DNA of 64,000 nucleotides, taken from contig CAYRUS010000001.1 of assembly GCA_964427735.1 (NCBI GenBank), forward strand, positions 356,747 to 420,746. The letters run 5' to 3'. The DNA is from an uncultured Gammaproteobacteria bacterium. GTDB lineage: Bacteria; Patescibacteriota; Microgenomatia; UBA8517. The notes below the pieces were generated by a model. The model did no database searches. It was not told where the DNA came from and saw nothing but the letters and a program-made list of their open reading frames with translations. This document shows, piece by piece, positions 37,901 through 47,402 of the stretch. Position 1 is the stretch's first letter, and the number at the start of each line of letters is the position of its first letter. Position numbers and translations under genes: made by a program.

Positions 37901-38977
37901 TTACATATCTCTTTCCATAACAAAAACTGCTAATTCTCTTAGATTTTTTGCTGCTTTTTTGTTTTTAAAAAAAGTTAAATCTTCATCAAATACTTTTAAT
38001 GCATGATCTTTATACTCCTCTGCCCGTTTTTTTGCATATGCAATACTTCCACAATCATCCAACATTCTCACTACTCTCAACACTTCTTGGAGTGACTTTT
38101 CTTCTCTTTTTTTGTTTAAGACTTTCACAACATAATCCCGATCTCTTCCAGAAGCATTTTTCAAAAAGTGACTCATTATCAAAGTTTTTTTCCCTTCGTA
38201 TATATCATTTGCAAATTCCTTAAGCCCATTAAAATCGCTTGTAATGTCTAATATATCGTCTATTAACTGAAAACATCTCCCTAGGTTAAAACCAAACTCA
38301 GTAATTTTATACAATTGATCTTTGCTTGCCTCTCCGATAATAGACCCAAGTCTCAAAGGACCTGTTATTGAATAATAAGAAGATTTACCATCTGCAATAA
38401 AATACCAATCATTATCAGAAAATGTTTTAATCTTTTCCTGCATTAACTTAATCTCTGATGACTGGCCAATAATAGTTCTAGTAATTATGCTATAAAATTC
38501 ATCAACAACTTTGTCTGCAATTTTTTTATCAAGCTTTTTGTAAATATCAAATATAATGCGCCACATTACAGCATGAAGAGCATCACCGGAATTAATTGCT
38601 TGTTCAGCTCCGTAAATCCTATGAAGCGCAGGTTTACCTCTCCTTTTGACAGAATTGTCCTCAAAATCATCGTGGATAAGAATCCACTCTTCAGATAGCT
38701 GCATTGCTGCTGCTGCCTTTAATGAGTACCTTTTCTTTTTGCCCATAGCTTCAGCAGCTAACATCAACAATGTGGGTCGTAAATATTTGCCCTTTCTTTC
38801 TGGATAATCTCTTGTTATTTTCCAAAAGTATTTCTCATCAGATTTATATTTTCCGTTAATTTTAAAATGATCAGGAAGGTCTGGTGTATATAAATAGGTT
38901 TCTATCTCAGGCCAAATAATATTTTTATAACTAGAAAGGATTACTAATGCGGGATGCGTGTGTTTCTTGTTCCCCAT
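37901..38977 (-). CDS. trans-polyprenyl diphosphate synthase (probably short-chain, GGPP/FPP)
   Basis: GKYLRP, FARM HDDFED..RRG, SARM FQLIDDILD, EGKKT; Trp five residues before the FARM. Confidence 0.92.
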   Translation of the reverse strand: MGNKKHTHPALVILSSYKNIIWPEIETYLYTPDLPDHFKINGKYKSDEKYFWKITRDYPERKGKYLRPTLLMLAAEAMGKKKRYSLKAAAAMQLSEEWILIHDDFEDNSVKRRGKPALHRIYGAEQAINSGDALHAVMWRIIFDIYKKLDKKIADKVVDEFYSIITRTIIGQSSEIKLMQEKIKTFSDNDWYFIADGKSSYYSITGPLRLGSIIGEASKDQLYKITEFGFNLGRCFQLIDDILDITSDFNGLKEFANDIYEGKKTLIMSHFLKNASGRDRDYVVKVLNKKREEKSLQEVLRVVRMLDDCGSIAYAKKRAEEYKDHALKVFDEDLTFFKNKKAAKNLRELAVFVMERDM

Positions 38978-39078
38978 ATAAATCAGAATAGCTTATAAAT
39001 TAAGTCTTGAAAAGGATTATAAACTTACTAAACTAATCTTTATAATTATTTAGCAAATAGAAGCTCAATCTACAATAA

Positions 39079-39131
39079 AAAAGAGAGAAGCTCTTTTCGC
39101 ATAATTATTTTAGGCAGGAACTTCTCTCTTT
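39079..39131 (-). terminator. terminator-like hairpin downstream of pilin
   Basis: AAAGAGAGAAG...CTTCTCTCTTT inverted repeat with a T-run on the minus strand. Confidence 0.55.
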
Positions 39132-39134
39132 AAG

Positions 39135-39608
39135 TTACCTAGTCACGGTAATTGTTGGTGTCAATTCACCAGTAGCACTCGCAACTACACGTCCGTCTGA
39201 ATCAACATAAATTGTATATCCTGTATTTGCATCGGTGCCTGTTGACGGATCTGCAGGAATAGAAGCAATATAAGTTGGTACGATTACTTCTGTACCTGCT
39301 TCGTTCGTAGCAGCTCCTAAGTCAAAACAAGGTGCAGTGTCACCAATACAAGTAGCTGATGAAGGAAAGTTTGTTTCAGTATCATCTCCATCAGTATCAG
39401 GTAAATTACCATCGTGCTCGGCAGCGAATTGATATATAGAACTCGTTATAGAGTGAAGATCAGCTCGACGTTGTTGATCTCTTGCTAAAGCAAATTGTCT
39501 ACCTGGGTTAACTGCTACTACGACTATTGCAGCCAAAATAGCAATAATACCGATAACAACTAATAACTCAATAAGGGTAAAACCTCTTGTGTTTTTATTT
39601 AGTTTCAT
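39135..39608 (-). CDS. type IV major pilin-like protein
   Basis: RG|FTLIELLVVIGIIAILAAIVV class III signal; SD AGGGGGTGA; own terminator. Confidence 0.93.
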   Translation of the reverse strand: MKLNKNTRGFTLIELLVVIGIIAILAAIVVVAVNPGRQFALARDQQRRADLHSITSSIYQFAAEHDGNLPDTDGDDTETNFPSSATCIGDTAPCFDLGAATNEAGTEVIVPTYIASIPADPSTGTDANTGYTIYVDSDGRVVASATGELTPTITVTR

Positions 39609-39659
39609 TAATATCTTTCACCCCCTATCATATTATCCTATTACTAGTATTACATATAT

Positions 39660-39890
39660 CTACTCACCTAAGTCAAGTCTATCTACATTCTCAGGTACTA
39701 AAGACTGCTGAGCAGAACGTAATGATGTCACATCAAGATTAACCTCACTTGTTTGCTCAACTTTAACCTCTAAAGTCTCATGCCAAGCAGAAAACATCGT
39801 CCGAACCACAACAGCTATTAGAACCGCAAGTAGACCTAAAACTATAAATATTGCTAAATAAAAACGATTTAATTTGCTAAATTTATTCAT
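39660..39890 (-). CDS. small single-TM protein of the pilus locus
   Basis: 76 aa, overlaps the upstream stop. Confidence 0.65.
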   Translation of the reverse strand: MNKFSKLNRFYLAIFIVLGLLAVLIAVVVRTMFSAWHETLEVKVEQTSEVNLDVTSLRSAQQSLVPENVDRLDLGE

Positions 39891-40536
39891 TTATATATAA
39901 AAGTATTCCATAGTCTAAAATATAAATATTATCATTGCTGTTTTTACTAAGATCAAAACTTACAGGTCTAAAAAGATAGGGTAAATCTTGAATTTCTTCT
40001 ATAGCTTGTGTGATTTTATTGATATCACCATTAACTGAAATTTTTATTGGATAACCCATTGTAGAAGTTTTGTCTGTAACTTTTTGATTTGATACAAACG
40101 AAAAGTTATCTACAATTCCATTTTTCTTCATTTGATCTAATTCTCCAACAAAATCTACAAGTCTTTGCTCATCTGCTATGAAATTTTCAATGAAGGAAAT
40201 TCTCTCTTCATTTGCCGCAAGCTGAGATCTCAAAACTCCTTCATCATAGTTTATCTCAGTCAGACTATCTTGTTCTAATGTCTCAGGAAGGTTCCCAATT
40301 TTAATTATAAAAATAGTTAATCCAGCAAACAATAAAATATTAATAATACCAAGAATGATAAATCGAGTTGATCTTGAAGAACGCAGACTTGTCTTTTTCT
40401 TTTCCAGCTGATTTACAATAGAATTATTCACATTATTCTCATTTTCTAGCTTATTTTCCTCAGCTTTATTTATGCTTTGTGGAAATTCTTTTTGAGAATC
40501 TTTTTTTTGTTGTGTGCTTTTTATTTGGTCTGGCAT
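39883..40536 (-). CDS. PilO-like pilus alignment protein
   Basis: Single TM plus ferredoxin-like tail (IKISVNG...IQDLPYLF); follows pilMN. Confidence 0.6.
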   Translation of the reverse strand: MPDQIKSTQQKKDSQKEFPQSINKAEENKLENENNVNNSIVNQLEKKKTSLRSSRSTRFIILGIINILLFAGLTIFIIKIGNLPETLEQDSLTEINYDEGVLRSQLAANEERISFIENFIADEQRLVDFVGELDQMKKNGIVDNFSFVSNQKVTDKTSTMGYPIKISVNGDINKITQAIEEIQDLPYLFRPVSFDLSKNSNDNIYILDYGILLYINE

Positions 40537-40537
40537 G

Positions 40538-41968
40538 TTATTGCAATTTCAACTTTGGTTTTGTAACCGGTTTTAAGGGTAAGTATTCAAAAGTCATATC
40601 AAAAGAAATATCTGCCTCTTGTTCCAAAGCATTTACAGGAATAACAACATTTCCAAAATCACCACTTGACTCTAAACTTGTTTTAAAGGAAAGTAAGTCA
40701 CTTCTCGAAGGGGCAGTTCCTGCTACTGATACTCCTCCTTTATCTAAATCTAACTGGTAGCTATCAATAACTACTCCTTCTGGTTTCGCTTCATTGATTG
40801 GGTTAATAATTTCTTGAGGCATTGTTCTGGCTTCACTAATAGCTAATATTTTTTTTGTTAAGCTATTTATTTTATTAACCCTATCTAATACTTCCTGCGA
40901 TTGGGCAGGTAAGTTTTCCTGTATAGAATTCCCATTTGAAAACCTGCTTTGCATAAAAATATAAAACGAAATAGCTGATAATAAACAAACAAGTAAAACA
41001 AATGCCGAAAACCCAAACAAAAAAGTCATCTTAAGCCCAAAATCCTTTTCCTGGCGACTTTCATAAAAAACAGCAGGAAGAAGATTAACAGATTTGCTAT
41101 CAGCTGGTGCTTCTGGGGTTGCCATTTGCGATGAAATAGGAACAAGATACTCGTTAAATTCTTCACTAGACAGGCCATCAACTGATGGAGGAATACCTTC
41201 AGGAGCAAGTCCTGTTAACTGCTCTATTTTTTGATAAAAAGAAGCATTAAATCCTTTCCCTGCAACAACAATTTTTTCCGGCTTGAATTTATTATAATGC
41301 TGGAGCATCCTTCTAATCGTATTCAAAACAACATCTTCTTCATCAACAGCAACAACAGAACTTCCTGCAATTCGCCAACCCTTTGACAAAACGAGAATTA
41401 CTTCCTCGAAGTTTTTATATATTATTAATCTACTAAGATCTTCTTTTCCAGCAATTCTAACTAAAGATAATGCTTGAGTTTCTACAGCAACAGGAGTTAA
41501 ATCTGCAAAAATTACTGCATCTATATACCCATACAAAAGTTCTTTATCGATTGCTACCACCAAATATTGAATAGATGTACCAACCTCTCCAGCAATTTTC
41601 CAATCAACGATCATCTCATTTGTGGCAGATGGAAGAAAATCCTTTACTTGCCATTTTAAAGCTTCTGTTACTTCTTCATCTTTTAGTCTTGGAAGATCTA
41701 TTAACTTTGTGTAAGTTGAAAATTCTGGTATTACCAACGAAACTTGAGATTCCTCTATACCTACTTCCTTAATACTTTTTTTGATTAAATCACTGAGTTT
41801 TTGTTTATCTACTACTTTGTAATCAACAATTGTATTTTCCGGCAAATTCACATTTGCTATCGTACGTGTTTTTTTGAGACTTGTGTCATTAAGATAAACA
41901 ATTTGGAGCTTATCTTTGGTAAAAGATATTGTAAAAAATTCACTTTTTATCATGGCAGGTATATCCAT
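40538..41968 (-). CDS. PilM-PilN fusion protein
   Basis: Actin-like PilM region, then VNLLP (PilN signature), TM and PilN-like domain. Confidence 0.75.
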   Translation of the reverse strand: MDIPAMIKSEFFTISFTKDKLQIVYLNDTSLKKTRTIANVNLPENTIVDYKVVDKQKLSDLIKKSIKEVGIEESQVSLVIPEFSTYTKLIDLPRLKDEEVTEALKWQVKDFLPSATNEMIVDWKIAGEVGTSIQYLVVAIDKELLYGYIDAVIFADLTPVAVETQALSLVRIAGKEDLSRLIIYKNFEEVILVLSKGWRIAGSSVVAVDEEDVVLNTIRRMLQHYNKFKPEKIVVAGKGFNASFYQKIEQLTGLAPEGIPPSVDGLSSEEFNEYLVPISSQMATPEAPADSKSVNLLPAVFYESRQEKDFGLKMTFLFGFSAFVLLVCLLSAISFYIFMQSRFSNGNSIQENLPAQSQEVLDRVNKINSLTKKILAISEARTMPQEIINPINEAKPEGVVIDSYQLDLDKGGVSVAGTAPSRSDLLSFKTSLESSGDFGNVVIPVNALEQEADISFDMTFEYLPLKPVTKPKLKLQ

Positions 41969-42078
41969 TATATAATAAGTATTAGACGATGTTTAAATCA
42001 TTATGTGACAAAATCTTTTCAGTCAATTGACCATAAAAAAATTAGTCCCAACAAGCCTTAGTTGTTATACTGGAAATA

Positions 42079-43434
42079 ATGCCTACACTGCCTAAAACAA
42101 TTTTCATTAAAGGTAACACGATCATAGGTATTCTTATTGGTTTAGGTGTTCTTTCGATTCTTTCCTATACTGTTATTATATTGTCCACTACAACATACCA
42201 ACTGGTTGGTTATACAAGAGCCAGAACAGTTGCAAGAAATATAGCTGTCACTCAAATTGAGATGATCAGAAATATGCCATATGATGAGATTGGAACACAA
42301 GGAGGCATCCCACAAGGGGATTTACTTCAAACCCAAGACATTGTAGAAAATGGTCAAAATTATCAAATTAGAAGAACTATAACTTATGTTGATGATCCAT
42401 TTGACCAACTGACCCCAATTGATACGTTGCCTACTGATTACAAAAGAGTTCGTATCGAAATCTCATGGGAAGGCGTATCAAAATCAAATGCAGCACCAGT
42501 AGTATTAACAACTGATGTGGTTCCAAAAGGAGTTGAATCTACTGAAGGTGGAGGTACATTATCTATTTTGGTTTTTAATTCTCAAGGTTTACCAGTACCT
42601 CAAGCTCAAGTCCATATTGTATCTAATGATCAAACAAACCCAGTCGATTTAACTCAATTTACAAGTGATACAGGACATATAGTTTTACCCGGTACGCCTG
42701 CCTGCCTGGAGTGCTATGAAATTACAGTAACAAAAGATGGGTTTAGTATTGACAAAACTTACTCAAATACAGAAGTTGATACTCCTGATAAACCTCATAT
42801 TAGTGTCATAGAGGGAAACCTGACAGAAACTAGCTTTGCGATCGATAGAGTTTCCTCACTCACTTTAAATACATACGGATCAAGAGAAGACGGCTTTCCT
42901 ATTATGGTAAATGTACCTATTATAGTCAAAGGAGAAAAAACAATTGGGGTAGATGTAGCAGATCAACCTGTTTATAAATTTAGCCAAGAGTTTGTTACAA
43001 ATGAGAATGGAGAATTAACAATTGAAAACCTCGAATGGGACAACTATTACATCTCAGTTCCAGATCAATCTTCTTACTCTATAAGCGGTCTTAGTAAAAC
43101 CATGCCATATTCTATTTTGCCAAACACAGACGACTCTTTGGATATTTCTATATCTTCATTTACACCAAATTCCCTACTCACGGCTTTTGTGGACGAAAAC
43201 AAATCACCGATAGCTTCTGTCTCAGCTATTCTAAAAGATGGCAATGTACCAATTGCAACAATCTCCAGTGGACTAGAAAATGACCCAGACTTTGGACAAG
43301 CGTTCTTTAGTGATCTAGCCCAAAAAACTTATGCTTTGGAAGCAACTGCAGCTGGGTTTATAGATTTTAGCGGAATAGTGAATATATCGGGACAAGTTTA
43401 TGACTTAATACCACTCACAAAAGAAGAGTTGTAA
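42079..43434 (+). CDS. minor pilin-like protein (PilV-like) with C-terminal beta-sandwich domains
   Basis: Atypical KG|NTIIG N-terminus, IEMIRNMPYD, DYKRVRIEISW. Confidence 0.7.
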   Translation: MPTLPKTIFIKGNTIIGILIGLGVLSILSYTVIILSTTTYQLVGYTRARTVARNIAVTQIEMIRNMPYDEIGTQGGIPQGDLLQTQDIVENGQNYQIRRTITYVDDPFDQLTPIDTLPTDYKRVRIEISWEGVSKSNAAPVVLTTDVVPKGVESTEGGGTLSILVFNSQGLPVPQAQVHIVSNDQTNPVDLTQFTSDTGHIVLPGTPACLECYEITVTKDGFSIDKTYSNTEVDTPDKPHISVIEGNLTETSFAIDRVSSLTLNTYGSREDGFPIMVNVPIIVKGEKTIGVDVADQPVYKFSQEFVTNENGELTIENLEWDNYYISVPDQSSYSISGLSKTMPYSILPNTDDSLDISISSFTPNSLLTAFVDENKSPIASVSAILKDGNVPIATISSGLENDPDFGQAFFSDLAQKTYALEATAAGFIDFSGIVNISGQVYDLIPLTKEEL

Positions 43435-43437
43435 ATT

Positions 43438-44052
43438 ATGAAAAACAAGCAAACATATAGTCTAAAAGGTTTTACACTTATAGAAATAATAGTAGCAACC
43501 TCAATTTCTGTAACTCTCCTTGCTGGAGTTTATCTGGTCCAAAGAATCATTGCCGACACACAATCAGTTACTTGGGACAGTACAATAAAAGTTGAAATTG
43601 CAAATAAAGCCACCGCACCAATAATTAAAGAAATTAGAACTATGAGACCAAGCCAAGACGGAAGATATCCACTTGAAACTGCAGAAAGCCATGAAATTGT
43701 ATTCTATTCAGATATAGATTTCGACGAAAGCGTAGAAAGAGTTAGATATGTTCTAGATGGGAATGTTCTTAGAAAAGGTGTTACAGAACCAAGCGGTTCT
43801 CCGATTGGTTATAACCAAGAAGATGAAGAGTTAACTATTATAAGCGACACAATACAAAATGAGTCAAATCCTGTTTTTTATTACTATAATGAAGATTGGC
43901 CCTCAAATAATAACCCTCTAAATTATCCTGCTCCTACTTCAGAAGTTAAAGTTGTTAAAGTCATGCTAAAAATAGGTAGTAGTCTTGAAGATAATCAGCC
44001 TTATGAGGTTGAAGCTTTTACTAATATTAGAATGTTGAAAGAAAATCTCTAA
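43438..44052 (+). CDS. minor pilin (PilW/GspJ-like)
   Basis: KG|FTLIEIIVA; KEIR motif. Confidence 0.85.
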   Translation: MKNKQTYSLKGFTLIEIIVATSISVTLLAGVYLVQRIIADTQSVTWDSTIKVEIANKATAPIIKEIRTMRPSQDGRYPLETAESHEIVFYSDIDFDESVERVRYVLDGNVLRKGVTEPSGSPIGYNQEDEELTIISDTIQNESNPVFYYYNEDWPSNNNPLNYPAPTSEVKVVKVMLKIGSSLEDNQPYEVEAFTNIRMLKENL

Positions 44053-44054
44053 AT

Positions 44055-45452
44055 ATGAAAAAAGAAGCAGGTTCAGTTACGCCAGCCTTGTTAGTTATTA
44101 TTGGCACGATGGTTGTTGTTATTTATGGTCTTTTGTTGATTTTAGCAATGCAGTTAAATTATTCCCACAGACAAATTGCTTCTGAAGAGGCTCTTCATAT
44201 TGCTGAAGCAGGTATCAATTATTACAGATGGCATCTTGCTCATGATCCAAATGATTACACAGATGGAACTGGTAATCCAGGTCCTTATGTCCGCGAATAT
44301 CACGACCCTGAAGGAGGTTTAGTAGGATACTATGAATTAGAGATCACACCACCCGAATCCGGATCTTCAATTGTTACATTAAAGTCGACAGGTTGGACAA
44401 ATCAATTCCCTTCAGTAAAGCGTACAATAACTGCAAAATACGGAAAACCTTCATTAGCGAGATTTTCTTTCTTATCAAATGCAAGCAGCTGGTATGGTGA
44501 AGGTATAACAGTAAATGGACAAATACACTCAAATAACGGAATAAGGATGGACGGCATCAACACTTCCTCAACTACAAGTGCTAAAGACACTTATATGTGT
44601 GGATCAGAAACAGGGTGTCATCCTCCAGATAACAGACCTGGGGTTTGGGGATTAGGACCAAATTATAATCTTTGGGAATTTCCTGTTCCATCCATTGATT
44701 TTGATTCTATATCATTTGATTTCGCCCAGATGAGAGCAGAAGCTCAAGCTAATGGATTGTATTTGAATGATTCAAAGGCAGAAGGTTATCATCTAGTATT
44801 TAATTCAAATGGAACTTTTGATGTATACAAAGTTAGAAATACCGACTTTATTAGAGGTTATAGTGTTCCTGGACAAGGATTAGGACAAGAAGGTCAAGGA
44901 GGATGTAGAAGATTATTCCAAATAATTACAAAAGAAGATCATGTCGCTACTTATATTGTTGATGATAATCCAATCGTTTTTATTGAAGATCACGTGTGGG
45001 TAGAAGGCACGGTAAAAGGAAGACTAACATTAACTGCTGCCACGTTCCCAATTGCTTCCAGTGATGTAGATATTTGGATAAAAAACAGCATTAAATACAC
45101 CAATTATGACGGTAGTGATATATTAGGGCTAATATCCCAAAATAATATTTACTTTGTTCGCGATGTGCCTGAAAATTTCCAAGTTGATGCAGTTTTAATT
45201 GCCAAAAATGGAAAAATTCTTAGACATGCTTATTATAGTGGTTGTGGAGGTACATTCGGGGGAATTAAGCAAAATCTAACGATCAATGGTTCCTTGATAT
45301 CATTTCATAAATCATACTGGAATTTTGGTGATCCTCTAGTATCTGGGTTTATTTCAAGAACTATAAATTACGATGGTAATGCGCTATATAACCCCCCACC
45401 TTATTTCCCTACATCTGGAGAGTTTGAGTTTATATCTTGGAAAGAAGAATAG
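44055..45452 (+). CDS. PilX-like minor pilin / tip protein
   Basis: AG|SVTPALL without Glu5; ALHIAEAGI PilX N-terminal signature; large C-terminal domain. Confidence 0.78.
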   Translation: MKKEAGSVTPALLVIIGTMVVVIYGLLLILAMQLNYSHRQIASEEALHIAEAGINYYRWHLAHDPNDYTDGTGNPGPYVREYHDPEGGLVGYYELEITPPESGSSIVTLKSTGWTNQFPSVKRTITAKYGKPSLARFSFLSNASSWYGEGITVNGQIHSNNGIRMDGINTSSTTSAKDTYMCGSETGCHPPDNRPGVWGLGPNYNLWEFPVPSIDFDSISFDFAQMRAEAQANGLYLNDSKAEGYHLVFNSNGTFDVYKVRNTDFIRGYSVPGQGLGQEGQGGCRRLFQIITKEDHVATYIVDDNPIVFIEDHVWVEGTVKGRLTLTAATFPIASSDVDIWIKNSIKYTNYDGSDILGLISQNNIYFVRDVPENFQVDAVLIAKNGKILRHAYYSGCGGTFGGIKQNLTINGSLISFHKSYWNFGDPLVSGFISRTINYDGNALYNPPPYFPTSGEFEFISWKEE

Positions 45453-45453
45453 T

Positions 45454-46182
45454 TTATAAAGTAGGGAGAGGTGTAGGTGTGACTAAGCAAAGAGTATTTG
45501 AAATTATAGTACGAGATGAAACTGTTTCTGATCCAAGATCACAATCAAAAACATACGGCACTTCACCTTGATAGGCACCACTAGAAGATGGCGTAGGTGT
45601 TGGTGTCACAGCTGGGTCAGCACAATAGCTTAGCTTCCACAACCTACAGCCCGGTGGAGCAATGAGATCACCACTTCCTGATGTTGGAGTTGGTGTAGTA
45701 GTCCCGCCTGGATTATCAAAGTAATCAGAAATATCATCATCACTCCCATCATTATCATCTCCTCCACCGCCACCCGACCCTGGACCATTATCAACAGTTT
45801 CTTCTATAACCACTGACACCAATTCGTCATCATTAATTTTAATCGCAGAACCATCACCAAAAGTAACTGTTGTATTGCCACTAAGATTATTACTTTGAAG
45901 ACGAAGGTAATCTAAGAATTCATTTATTTTTTCATTTGACCAAACTTCGTTGTAGATCTGACCATTTTTGGATTCCAATGTATAGTTTCCATCTGTGTCA
46001 ATGGTAATTAAATCTCCATCCTTCTCAACAGAAACCAACAGACTTTCACCAACATTGGTATCTACAGAGTTTTTACCAGATCTAATTAAAATCACTGCCA
46101 TTAACACAATCATTAACAATCCAAAAACAAAAACTAACAACATTCCTCTCTTTGTTTTTATTACTTTTAAAATATTTTCCAT
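45454..46182 (-). CDS. membrane-anchored hypothetical protein with G/D-rich linker and TP repeats
   Basis: TM, TPTPT repeats, two Cys pairs; start placed at MENILK, 1 nt after the pilC stop. Confidence 0.7.
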   Translation of the reverse strand: MENILKVIKTKRGMLLVFVFGLLMIVLMAVILIRSGKNSVDTNVGESLLVSVEKDGDLITIDTDGNYTLESKNGQIYNEVWSNEKINEFLDYLRLQSNNLSGNTTVTFGDGSAIKINDDELVSVVIEETVDNGPGSGGGGGDDNDGSDDDISDYFDNPGGTTTPTPTSGSGDLIAPPGCRLWKLSYCADPAVTPTPTPSSSGAYQGEVPYVFDCDLGSETVSSRTIISNTLCLVTPTPLPTL

Positions 46183-46183
46183 G

Positions 46184-47401
46184 TTATCTTTGTACCTCCT
46201 GCGACAAGTTTCCAACTATGCTATATATCGGAGCAATCATAACAATAACCATTATTCCTACAGCCACTCCGATAATAAGCATAAGAACAGGCTCCAACAA
46301 AGCAGTGGCTTTTTTAAGACTGTGATCAACTTCTTTCTCGTAAAATTCTGCCATTTCTTCTAAGACAGATTCCAGAGTACCTGTTTTTTCACCTGCTCTG
46401 ACTGTTTGAACCATCACAGTAGGAAATGAATATTTTGAGTCCATCAAAATCTGAGAAAGACTTTCACCTCTAGAAACTCCAGCACTAAAGCCTATCGCCT
46501 GCTTTTGTAAGTGAGGCTGGCTAATACTTTTAGCAGCAACGTCAAGGGACTCTACAATAGACACACCACTTTTAAGCAAAGTTGAAAGAGTTCTGGCAAA
46601 TCTAGCTACATCTATTTGATCCATCATTTTCCTAACAATCGGCAGTTTCCCAAACATCTGAAGGATAACTCTTCTTGTTTTATAGTAGTAAAACAAGAAA
46701 AAAACTAGTCCAAATATAATCCCTAATACAATCAAAAATAAAAACGTATTCTCACCTACAAATGTACCAAAACCCATAAATAATTTGGTCATAGCAGGCA
46801 GTTCAATATCCATTTTTGTAAATGCTGAAGCTATCCTAGGCAATACAAACACAAGCATCAAAACCCCATTGCCGAGCATTGCTACCAAGATGACTGCAGG
46901 ATACATAAGCGAGCCTTTAATTTTTTGAGTTAATTCGTAGGTCGCCGACAGTTGCTTTGATAAATAATCAAAAGACTTTGCAAGGGACCCAGTTTCTTCT
47001 CCAGCTTTTATCATTGTTAAAAAAACAGAATCAAAATCCCCAGGATATTGAGAAAGCACAGAGGAAACACTATTCCCTTTTCTTGTCTGAAAAGCAATAT
47101 CTGAAAGAATCTGCTGAAGCTTTTTCTTTTTTGCCTCTTGTCGAATAATCTCAACTGCTTCAGGTACAGACAACCCAGAACGGAGCATTGTAGCAAGGAG
47201 TCGACACAATTCGGCCTTTTCTGGCAACGTGATTTTACCGGAGAATAGTGAGTGTCTACCAGTACCTACCTGTTTAACAGTAAGGATCTGCAATTCTTCT
47301 GCTTTTAGAATGGAAACCACTTCTTCTTGAGAAGTAGCTTGTAGTGTGTCTTCTTTAATTGAACCAAATTTATCTTTTGCTTTATATAAAAATAGCGGCA
47401 T
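46184..47401 (-). CDS. pilC: type IV pilus platform protein PilC/GspF
   Basis: LATMLRSG, AGEETGSL, LMYP, AGEKTG, LEP. Confidence 0.93.
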   Translation of the reverse strand: MPLFLYKAKDKFGSIKEDTLQATSQEEVVSILKAEELQILTVKQVGTGRHSLFSGKITLPEKAELCRLLATMLRSGLSVPEAVEIIRQEAKKKKLQQILSDIAFQTRKGNSVSSVLSQYPGDFDSVFLTMIKAGEETGSLAKSFDYLSKQLSATYELTQKIKGSLMYPAVILVAMLGNGVLMLVFVLPRIASAFTKMDIELPAMTKLFMGFGTFVGENTFLFLIVLGIIFGLVFFLFYYYKTRRVILQMFGKLPIVRKMMDQIDVARFARTLSTLLKSGVSIVESLDVAAKSISQPHLQKQAIGFSAGVSRGESLSQILMDSKYSFPTVMVQTVRAGEKTGTLESVLEEMAEFYEKEVDHSLKKATALLEPVLMLIIGVAVGIMVIVMIAPIYSIVGNLSQEVQR

Positions 47402-47402
47402 A

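Noticed and set aside
37831-39134. ComX-like peptide gene next to the prenyl enzymes
   Set aside because: No convincing small ORF with a C-terminal Trp was seen in the flanking spacers, so the cluster is not called ComQXPA.
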